Origin: Sphaerodactylus townsendi
Lineage: Eukaryota
DNA: 64,000 nt
NCBI RefSeq assembly: GCF_021028975.2
Contig: NC_059433.1
Location: forward strand, 58,218,001 to 58,282,000
Reading direction: 5' to 3'
The position numbers and the translations under genes are program-made. The notes beneath the pieces are model-generated. The model was given only the letters and a program-made list of their open reading frames with translations, searched no databases and was not told where the DNA came from. How positions within the stretch are numbered: the stretch's first letter is position 1; each line of letters opens with the position of its first letter. Shown here piece after piece: positions 26,182-35,912 of the stretch.

Positions 26182-26242
26182 TTGATTGGTTTTGTCTATG
26201 CCTGTTACGTGATCAGTGTCTTCATGGAGGAAGAGGACAGTT
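26182..26242 (+). CDS. NKAIN3: Na+/K+-ATPase-interacting protein NKAIN3, internal exon (LIGFVYACYVISVFMEEEDS)
   Basis: Polypyrimidine tract plus ctacag acceptor, T|GTAAGT donor, 61 nt. The peptide matches the last TM helix and acidic motif of the NKAIN family. Paralog assigned from NKAIN3-GGH synteny and the CRNK tail. Confidence 0.92.
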
Positions 26243-27615
26243 GTAAGTACTGATACGCACCTACCCATCTCTGGAGCCACAATCCTTAGGTGAGATTTAG
26301 TATTACTCTCCTAGCCAACTGTATGAAACGAGAAGGGAAAATTTTCAAAAGTTACAGTCAGTCTCTGCGAGCAATACACAAGAATAAAGCTAAGCACTTA
26401 AAATGGCCCATATTATCAACGTCCTCTTTAAATTTTGACTTATTAACCATTCCAGCTCAATTGACAGTGATGTTGGAAAAGACACATTTTTCAACATAGA
26501 AATCTTTTCCTGCAGTACAGTTTAATCATGACATATTGTAAATGTAAGCTACTCTATTTTCTTATTTGGCTTGTACTTTTAAAGCATTGTGCTGGATCTA
26601 CTATCTTTTCTACTTAATGTTGCCCATCTTCCTGGTACTTCCTTCCTGCATGACTTTTGTCCATGTGGGTTCCATTGTCAGTGGTCAAAACAGGCCCTTT
26701 ATATGTCTTTTTGACAGTGGAAAAGCTGATAGACTCCAACCCACTGTTTACAAATCTGTTTCTAAAAACAATAGGTCATATAGTTCTAAATGAGCATAAT
26801 ATCAAGGAACCAAAGCAGTTCTAATATCCAGTATTCCTCCTGATTGGATCACTGATGAGGTCTTTTTCCAAGAATGTTATGATGTTGTTACTGCAATCCT
26901 AAACAGGGTTACACTCTTCTTAACCCATTAGCTACAATGAACTTAGAAGGGTGTGACACTGTGCAGGAATACATTGTTATTCTAATTATTTTACAGCTCA
27001 CCCCAAGCCTTGGGAAAGGACAATTTGGCTCTTTATCCATATTTTCACTCTAAACTACACTGGTGTTTCCAATTGCTATCTTTTAAGAATGAAATATGCA
27101 CCACATAGTCTGCTTTGAAAATGGCTAAAACTGTCCAACATTAATTTATTGCAGTATATACCCAGATTTATTGGCCTTTAAGACTCTCAATGAAATATTC
27201 CTGTATTGTTCAGTTCACAAAAATTCTTGGACTAACACCTGGCTTTAAAATTAATAACAGCCACCTCTTTCTTTGCTTGGCAGAGCTTAAGGGGATGCAT
27301 GCTAAGCTTAACTGAGGAGCAGATTCAAAAGGGCAATATATAAATATATGAAGGAATGTTCTGTACATTTGTTGTAATTTTGACTTTCATATCACATTGC
27401 AATTTACTTCCTGACATGTTTCTTAATTTTAAAACTGCACAAATATGAAATCATTCCCATCGTTCCTCAGTAAGAGCATGTTTGGTACTTATGTGGTCTT
27501 AAGTTCATTGTTTGTCATTAATGAATCTCAGATTTCAAGACTCTGAAAGACCTTTGCTTCAGATCCTGAAAAATTATTGACAGGACTTTACTGAATGGAC
27601 CTCTGATGTAACTAA

Positions 27616-28097
27616 GGCCCTTTCTGCACGGAGGCGGAAGGGCTTGGGTTGGTGTTGCTGACGCCGCATGGACTGTCCCAGAAAGAACAGGGAAGACGGC
27701 GCTGCTGGGCGCCATCGCCCGGTCGACTTACCTGCTTTCCGGCCCTCCGGCGCATCGCCGGGGCCTGGGGACACGCCTCCCCTGCCCTGCGCGCCTGCTT
27801 CCGCATCGCAAAGCAGGGGGGCGTGTCCCCAGGCCCCGGCGATGCACCGGAGGGCCGGAGAGCAGGTAAGTGAAGGGAGGGAGTGGGGGGGGAAGCTCCT
27901 GGGCAGCGGCTTCCAGCCAGCATTTCCAAAAAACCACGCTGGGGAAGCGTGGTTTGGAAACGCCGGCTTGGCGCCGATCGGGCAGCGCGAGGGCGGTGCT
28001 GCTGCGAAGCAGCTGCGCCCCCCGTTGCGAATGGCAGCCTGGGGACAGCATTTTTGCCATCCCCAGGCCGCCATATTCCGCCCATGTGGAAAGGGCC
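27616..28097. mobile_element. PIF/Harbinger MITE, CpG-rich (young)
   Basis: TIRs GGCCCTTTCTGCAC / ATGTGGAAAGGGCC; 3-bp TSD TAA (27613-15, 28098-100). Confidence 0.88.
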
Positions 28098-28100
28098 TAA

Positions 28101-28923
28101 GAGTCCCATCCAGAGGGGAATGCCAAAGGAGCATGTGGGAGCAGCAGTTTTAAAGCTAGTGACACCAAAATTTCAGGGTATCTTCAGGAGACCATCCTGA
28201 TGGCAACCCCCAAGTTTGGTGAAGTTTGGTTCAGGGGGGGGCAAAGTTAATGGACTCCCAAAAGGGGTGCCCCATCCCCCATTGTTTCCAATGGGAGCTG
28301 ATAGAAGATAGAGGCTGCCCCTTTGAGGGTCCATAACTTTAGCCCCCCATGAACCAAACTTGGGGGGGAGTGTCATCAGGACAGTCTCCTGAAGATACCC
28401 TGAAAGTTCTGTGACTGTGCCTTCAGAAATGTGCACTCCACAGGCAGCACCAGAAATTCCCCATTGACATCAATGGAAAAAAATCAATGCAGAAGTAAGA
28501 TTCTTGGGCAAATTTCTCGGGGTGCCTGTCAGGTGTGCAATTGTTAAGCTAGTGACACCACCATTTCAGTGTATCATCTGGAGACTGTCCTGATGACACC
28601 CCCCAAGTTTGGTGAAGCTTGGTTCAGGGGGGACAAAGTTATGGACCCTCAAAGGTGCAGTCCCCGTCTCCTTAGCTCCCATTGGAAACAATGGGGGATG
28701 GGGCAACCCGTTTGGGGGTTCATAACTTTGGACCCCCTGAACCAAACTGCACCAAACTTGGGAGGCATCATCAGGACAGTCTCCTTATGATATCGTGTAA
28801 TTCTGGTGCCGATATCTCTAAAAATGAAACAACACCAAAAAATAAAAATGCAGGAGCATGCCTGGCAAAATTCCTGAGCCCTGGGCAGCTGCCCACATTG
28901 CCCAATGGACATTACGCCACTGG
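28101..28923. mobile_element. Truncated hAT-type element with internal direct and inverted repeats
   Basis: Ends in the TIR TACGCCACTG; two units (about 28150-28430 and 28545-28820), each a fold-back around ccaagtttggtgaag..tggttcaggggg; left TIR not found. Confidence 0.65.
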
Positions 28924-29777
28924 TTCAAGGCACCGGAAACTGAAACAGCCTTCATTTTGAAGGGGGAAAGTGTGGATTCTCTGAGAATTGGTCTGACATT
29001 TTGTCATTCATATATTGTTCAAGGCCACAGGTTATTTGCACTTTTCTTGCCGCCACCAAAGACTATGCTGTTCAGATTTGATAGTTTGCTATTGTGGCTG
29101 TGTTTCTGTTGTTGTGAGATTGTTAAAGCTGACAGATTTGTGCAGACTGCCTGTAAAATATTAGCTAAAGTGCCTTTGAAATTGAGAAAATGGAGAACAG
29201 AGAGAATTACTACTGGAAAAGATTAACTTCTCTCGCTCTCAAAATGACATATCAAAAATATCAAAGAAGATATCAAATATTTTAATGGTATATTTTATAC
29301 ATAAAAACCCTTTACATCCATCCACTTTATCAAATTCAAATCAATCAATAACTGCAGAGATTTAAAAATATAAATAATTACTTGATACATATTAGAAAAG
29401 AAATAGAAACAGCTGAACAATTTCAACACAAGAAATTTCTAAGAGAAGAAAAATAAAATACAAACTATCACTGTCTAACAAATAATAGTTTTCCCCAGAC
29501 ATTACCTAAAAAACTTACCTAATAGTCTTTCTTGCTGTTAAAAAAAAAGAAGGCGTCACAAATACATCTTATTAGCTATTTGTCTCAGTGAGAATCTAGA
29601 AGATCTCTTGCCAGGCAAAGACCAGAGTCCCATCGCATCTTGAGAGCCCAGCCCCAAGAGTCCAGTGGCATCTGATAATCTGACTAAAGGACCAGACTAC
29701 CAGAGTTCAGGTGTCCAGTGGCATCTTCCCTGGCTAGCTTCAGTTCCAGACTGGGAAGAGGCACCAAGTGAACTAAA

Positions 29778-29903
29778 ACTGGACACAATGTGTAACAGAC
29801 TTCTCTCTGTGATACACCTCTGAAGATGCCAGCCACAGATGCAGGCAAAACATTAGGAACAAGATCTATTAGACCACGCCACACAGCCCAGAAAACCTAC
29901 AAC
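29778..29903 (+). mobile_element. Penelope-like element pLTR fragment, same family as 1052-1190
   Basis: Close match to the reverse complement of 1055-1187, including CCTCTGAAGATGCC...GGCaAAACATTAGG. Confidence 0.8.
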
Positions 29904-30021
29904 TAAAACTCCTGTTTTTATACAATTTTCAGCATTAGTCATCGCCACCTAATCTACAGTGACATCATTTCAAACCAATCCTCTGTATTATATTTTTGAA
30001 AATAAGAAGAAAATGCTAGAT

Positions 30022-30949
30022 CAGGGGTCGGCAACCTTTAACACCCAAAGAACCATTTGAACCTGTTTTCCACAGGAAAAAAAAACACTTGGAGCTGCAA
30101 ATACTGTTTGACATTTAAAATGAAGATAACACTGTATATATTGTTTTTTTACCTTTACGCTTTGTATAAACAATTATAGTGTGTTGCTTATGAAATCCAT
30201 GAAGTGCTACAGAGAAAATTATATTTTATTTATGTAAAGAACACATTTTGAACTCTTAAAAAATAATAACCAAAAAATGTGGCGAGTTGAAGGTCTCTTT
30301 CAAATAAATTAAAAAGCTGAACTTAAATTATCCATGTGGCAAACAAAAAATACCGTGAGCTGTCATCCAAGCGGGCGGGATAGACAGCGGCAGCGACACC
30401 AATGACGGAAAGTTGCACTTGGGACACGGCGAGCGCGCTTCCCTCACAGTCCCTTCCGTCCTTCCTCCTTCCAGCGTCCTTTCCCCTCCTTCCCTCATCT
30501 GGTGCCTGGGAAGGAGGGGAAAGTATGCCAGAGGGAGGAAGGAAGGGCTGGGGAAGGAGGCATGCTTGCTGCGTCCCAAGTGCAACTTGCTGTCGTTGGT
30601 GTCACTGGTGCTATCTATCCCGCCCACTTGGGCAAGAAGCGGGATAGACAGTGGCAGCGATGCCAACAACAGCAAGTTGCACTTGGGACACAGCGAGCGT
30701 GCCTCCCTCCCCACCCCCTCCTCCCTTCTTCCCTCCCTCCAGCATCCTTTCCCCTCCTTCCCTCGTCTGGTGCCTGCTGTCACCTGTCCGGCTGGGGGCG
30801 TCCTGCATATACGGCCCAGGGTAGTTGTGCGCTTGCTTATTATGGCAAAGCGCGGTCCTCCGGTTGCTCAGGTCCCAAGCCACACAGAGCCACAGTACAA
30901 AGACGAAAGAGCCGCATTCGGCTCCAGAGCTGCAGGTTGCAGACCCCTG
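30022..30949. mobile_element. hAT-Charlie-type non-autonomous transposon
   Basis: TIRs CAGGGGTCGGCAACCT / AGGTTGCAGACCCCTG; 8-bp TSD TGCTAGAT/TACTAGAT resembling the Charlie nTCTAGAn target. Confidence 0.88.
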
Positions 30950-30992
30950 TACTAGATTAATTTCCACAGAAGAACATGCAACCTGCAGTATA

Positions 30993-31224
30993 CCGTGTTT
31001 CCCCGAATATAAGACAGTGTCTTATGTTAATTTTTGCTCCCAAAGATGCGCTATGTCTCATTTTCAGGGGATGTCTTATTTTTCTGTGTTCTGTTCGTCG
31101 GGCATGCTTCCAAACAAAAACTTTGCTATGTCTTATTTTGGGGGGATGCCTTATATTTCGCACTTCAGCAAAACCTCTACTATGTCTTATTTTTTGGGGA
31201 TGTCTTATATTAGGGGAAACAGGG
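30993..31224. mobile_element. Tc1/mariner-superfamily MITE
   Basis: TIRs CCGTGTTTCCCCGAATATAAGACA / TGTCTTATATTAGGGGAAACAGGG; TA TSD; repeated subterminal tgtcttattttt..ggggatgtctt motifs. Confidence 0.88.
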
Positions 31225-32204
31225 TAGGCAGCTGATATTTGTGGAACATAGACAAACATCACTGGATCCAATACTCACCTATTCTAACCAATGAAAGTCT
31301 TTTGGCTCTAGTAGCCTCTATAATGGGTGGGAAACTGTCTGAAACCACCAGGCTATGCTGTGCCAGCTGTTTTCCAGAATCTCTGTCTCAAGTAAGTTAT
31401 TGATCTGCAGCTTTCAGCGGGCTAGTACCAGCAAGGGGCTAAGTGAAAAGGGGCAGTCTTTGTCAACTGTTGCTTGAGTCTACATCCTTGTGGTACTAAT
31501 TCGCTTCAGTATTCCCCTGGCAGTTATGAACAGCTTAAGTCATTTTCAGTCTCTGTGAATCCTGCAGAGCACCAAAGCAGTTGCCCTTGGAAAATCAATC
31601 ACATTTTGCAGCCAACGGTAGTCAAAATAATTAGTTCCTTTTGCAACCAGCAGTGATCTGCAGGTTGATAAAAACTCCTCTCTTCAACTCCACAAGAAAT
31701 AATGATGGTAGTTCACAGAGGGCTCTTTCTTTAACATGTAAGCATCAGTGCTACAAAATGGTTTCCTTAATGCAACAAATGTCTGACTATGTGGGATATA
31801 AAAATCATGTTTCCGTATAACTATATTTCCAGCTTTCCAAATTACAGCTTATTTCAGTTATCCTGGGAATCCATTATAGCTATTGCCATTTTTCTGAACA
31901 AGGTGTAAGATAAACTGGTTTTCCCATTGCTACTCCACACTAGATAACGCTGTTTTCACAAATGTGATACTGTTCACTCAGTAATGCTTTAAATACAGTG
32001 AAAACCGGGTTTTTAGAAGCACATTTAAAGGTTACACTGTGTAGTTTTAGCTGTTTAAACTTTTCCTGTGTAGTAGCCCAGTTGTATCTGAATGCAACAA
32101 AATGTATCTTCCCTTATATTAAGAATGTGAAGTTTGAACAGCAACGTCACCCTTTCAGCCTCAAGACATTCACACAACTGTTCTAGCCAGTAGCATTCTT
32201 TTAG

Positions 32205-32257
32205 TTTCATCACTCCATTCTGATAAGCCTTTGTGTCCACCATTCACCACACACTGA
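32205..32257 (+). CDS. NKAIN3: Possible alternative NKAIN3 terminal exon (FSSLHSDKPLCPPFTTH*)
   Basis: ttcttttag acceptor; downstream sequence encodes FHHS, LRNDQKQI, VVTFEHVR and FKAFK in shifting frames, resembling a recalled mammalian long-isoform tail. Confidence 0.45.
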
Positions 32258-33203
32258 GAAATGATCAGAAGCAGATTTTTTCCCCTTGTGGTTACATTTG
32301 AACATGTTAGGCATCTGTATCAGAAATTTTCATAGGATTTTAAAGCCTTTAAACGTTTAAAGCTTTTGAATACTGGCTGGACCCCGTGTTGTCAGATGTA
32401 TGAAGTATTACTGTCAGTTTGCAGAGGTCTTACATGAACATGGGCAAGAGGAAAAATAAAGTGTACACAGTGGGGCCAAAAGCCATGAAATGCTATTCTT
32501 TTTTAGATTTGTGACATTTTTGTGCAAAACAGAAGAGAGGAACAGTGTCCCATTCACAATAGTGGTAATAGTTAGCAAAGGGTCAGCTCAATGCATGTGA
32601 AATGGCAGGGGGTAAACATTTGAATTACCAGATCGCTCTGCATGAATGTAAAAAGGCCACTGATACCTCAAGCAAGATGAGTGGATGAGCACCAGTTATG
32701 TGTCTAATGCACAGGTGTTTCTAAATGGTTCAAAAATTGCTTGAAATTTCTGAAACTTTTAGCAATCTGTGCCCATCTGGTATGAGTTTGCTTCATATAA
32801 AGGTTTTCTGCCTTCCGGAGGCTATTTGTATCATGGCAGATTATAGAATGAAACAGCTAATTTGCTACAACTTTTGCCTTGGGATGATTTTATTTCAAGC
32901 TGCATTGTGTATCAAAAAAAAAGGTTGGAACTTTTAAAAGGAAATAAACACACAAGATTACTTGTAGTCCCCTTGATAGTATAATAAACTGAACATTCTG
33001 GTACAGGCAGTTTTAAAGTTTAATTGTGAACTTCTATTCAGACATAACACAAAAACAGGGTTTATTTTAGCTATGATTTGTTTGTGAAACCAGGACTTTG
33101 CTCACAGTTATATCTGGGCTCTTCTTTACAGATGCTTACCTGAACACTGTTTCCTCCCTTTCAGAGATGTGGTTGGTATCCCAACTTCCACTCTGACTAA
33201 GTC

Positions 33204-33426
33204 TAGCTTTGCCAACCTCCACGAGGGGCCTGGAGATCTCCCAGAATTACAACTGAACTCCAGATTATAGAGAATTAGTGGATAAAATGGCTGTTCTGGA
33301 GGGTAGACTCTATAGAATTATATGCTGCCCTGTGTTCTCCAAACACTCTCTCCTTATGCCCCCCCCCCACACACACACACCCCCCCCAAATGTCAGGATT
33401 TTCCCAATCTGGAGTTGGCAGTCCTA
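33204..33426. mobile_element. Old MITE with AGGGTTGCCA-like TIRs (related copies at about 11110-11230 and 40201-40406)
   Basis: ttgccaacctcc...ggagttggca ends and internal ctggagatctcc..attacaactga motif shared among the copies. Confidence 0.55.
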
Positions 33427-33926
33427 AAGCAGCTCTGAGGAACTAGCCAGGACTAAACCAAAATGTGTATATTTTTTGTGTCACATAATAGGGTTTTCCT
33501 GTATTCTCATTCCCCTTACCTCTAACTTCCTGTTTCTTCATGTGTGGGGTTCAGTTCCACACATATTTTGGTCCCTCGTGTAGTAAGTTTGACATCACAC
33601 AGCTTTAAATCAAGCATATCTCTCTGCAGATTGAAATGGAAGTTTTTAATGCTCTTTTTAAAGCTGTGTGATGTCACTTGACCACTAGAGGGAACAAAAC
33701 ACAGACAGAACTGAGAAAACATTGAGGAGGAGAGGAAGTTAGAAGCAAGGAATATGAGAATACAGAAAGTCTGAATGATCCTGATTCAATATCCTTTCAC
33801 TAACCATCATTAGCAGAGCGGCCTTCATTCAGATGATTACACTAGTTTAATTAAACCATGTTTTTATATTATGTCTGAATTGAGCCATAACAATACAGCT
33901 CTTTTAGAAATAATGATCTAGTCTTA

Positions 33927-34205
33927 AAAAGTAAAGTTCCCCTTCAGTCGTGTCTGACCCTGGGGTACCACTGCAAGCAGTGATTTTATAGGCAAGCCAC
34001 TTTTGTGGGGTAGTTTGCCATTGCTTTCCCCGGCTATTCTTTACCCCCTAGCTATGAGCTAGGTACTCATTCACCGACCAGGAAATGGATGGATGGCTGA
34101 GTTGACCATGAGCCAGCTGCCAGGATATCTGACCCACAGGGGGTACGAACTCCTGACCATGTGAGTGGCAGTGCAAGCACTTAACCAGTACGCCACATGG
34201 CTCCT
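33927..34205 (-). mobile_element. Sauria SINE (Squam1-type), apparently full length
   Basis: ggtactcattcaccgacc..ggatggctgagttgacc core, ACTTT-type tail, 13-bp TSD tgatctagtctta/tgatctagtttta. Confidence 0.8.
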
Positions 34206-35895
34206 TGATCTAGTTTTAGCCAAGTGTTAGTCTTGATGGTAACACAGAGCTTAAAAGCACATCTTTTAGCACATCTTAGCCTGTTGTGTGCACATATACT
34301 TTGTACCAGGTTGTTTGTGGCTGATTTTGTGAAGTGTGAGCAAAGCACAGCTGGTTCCCCCTGGGGATATGGAATACAAAAGCAGTTTTTTCTAAGGGTT
34401 TTGTGTGTCCATGCAGTCTCAGAGTGCAAATAAGCTCTGCAGAATCCATGATCAAAGTGAATTTCTATTAAAAGCCAAGCTGCAGAAAACAATTTGGGAA
34501 ATCAGTGAACTGTGCTACCTACCAGTTTCTCGATGCTTATCTGTCTGCTGTGTGGCAGCCTGCCCAGTTGGCTTCACAATAAGATAATTGGTATCAGTAT
34601 CTGTTGCAAATGGGCCAGGAAAGCTACTTGTTCAGAAGTAATTGGTATTTCACTATGCAAATTGTGGAAAAACTCAACTGCCTTTCAGCTGATGGCTAGA
34701 GAAGAAAAAGAACCATATTTGCTAAGACCTCAAGCATTTAGGTGCCTTTTGACTTTTGAGCAATCCAAGAATCTTGGGATCAGGCAACAATCCATTAAGA
34801 GTATATAAAGTATTCCATTCAAAATTAAGTTATATAACATATGGACTTAAACGTAAGATCAAAATGTGAATTCTTTTTCTAGACCTTCCATGTCTTTTAG
34901 GCTATGGATGTCGTGATGAGCAGTCATGAATATCTATGTGTGTATCAGTCACATGGACCAATGATTACTAAATGCAATATTAAGTCCATACAAATGTCTT
35001 TGTCATGTCATGCCAGACTCAATCTAGTTTAGGATTAAGTTTTCGACATGCACCAAGAATTTGTGAGAACCTCGTAGATATGGCATGAATCATAATCGGT
35101 CATCTTTATGTAACTACCTACATATGTAAGGCATGCTGCATGTGTAATACTTTCATCCTAGGTGAAGGTGTTTTAATGCAGATCATGAACATATTTACTT
35201 AGAAATAAATTTCACTGAAACTGATGTAGCTGTTTTTCAAGGAACTGCAGGACAATTAGTTTTTTATATATACTTTTCAGCATACAAACAGTAAATATGA
35301 GGGAGTTTTGTATATACTTTACAACATACAAGCACCCAGTTGTATGACATCACAATAAAACCAGAAAATAATAAGAAATACAGTAAATCAATAAATCTAC
35401 TAAATACAGTAAATCAGTAAATCTACTATTCACAATAAATATCAGCAGATCCATCCAAAAACAGTCTTCTGTTGACACAAATGTTTTGCAGCAAAGGAAA
35501 TTTTTCACTATCTTTCTAACTAAACAATTATACTCACAGGTTGTGATCTAAAACTTTTAATTACGAAATCATGGAATGGCTGTGTTTTTTTCTGTAGATC
35601 ATTTTAAAAGTGCAGCTTTACATTAGGAAGTTGTAATATTACAGAGAAAAACTTCTTTACCAAAAATATTGTTCTAGGTACTGTTTGTAATTACTATAGT
35701 TCAAAGGTGGAAGGATACCAGACCAGCTATTTAAACTAATTGAATGAATAATAAAATGTTCTATGGACAATAAGGATCACTGGAAAATAGTGGGTTCTGT
35801 TGTCTGTTATAACACAAACGTCATTGCAGAATTTTTTAAAAGTAGTGAATCGTTTCCTTTTACTCCACCCCATAATTTGTATGTTCTTGTTTCAG

Positions 35896-35912
35896 GTCGA
35901 AATAAATTATGA
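35896..35912 (+). CDS. NKAIN3: NKAIN3 terminal coding exon (C-R-N-K-L-stop) followed by 3'UTR
   Basis: ttcttgtttcag acceptor; phase-1 join gives ...EEEDSCRNKL*, matching the mouse Nkain3 C-terminus EEEDTCRNK as I recall it. Confidence 0.8.

Noticed and set aside
27518-28200. Many overlapping 65-186 aa ORFs and CpG-island-like composition
   Set aside because: They lie in a GC-rich palindromic Harbinger MITE with TIRs and TSD; no protein motif and not a promoter.
28140-28820. Repeat-spacer-like pattern suggestive of a CRISPR array
   Set aside because: Eukaryotic DNA; the repeats alternate in orientation, the intervening segments are themselves duplicated, and there are no cas genes.
30328-31271. 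Long overlapping ORFs up to 180 aa
   Set aside because: Generated by internal repeats of hAT and TcMar MITEs; no transposase motifs.
34883-34929. Possible extra NKAIN3 terminal exon (ttctttttctag, YLPCLLGYGCRDEQS*)
   Set aside because: Only an acceptor-like motif; no recognisable homology or other support.
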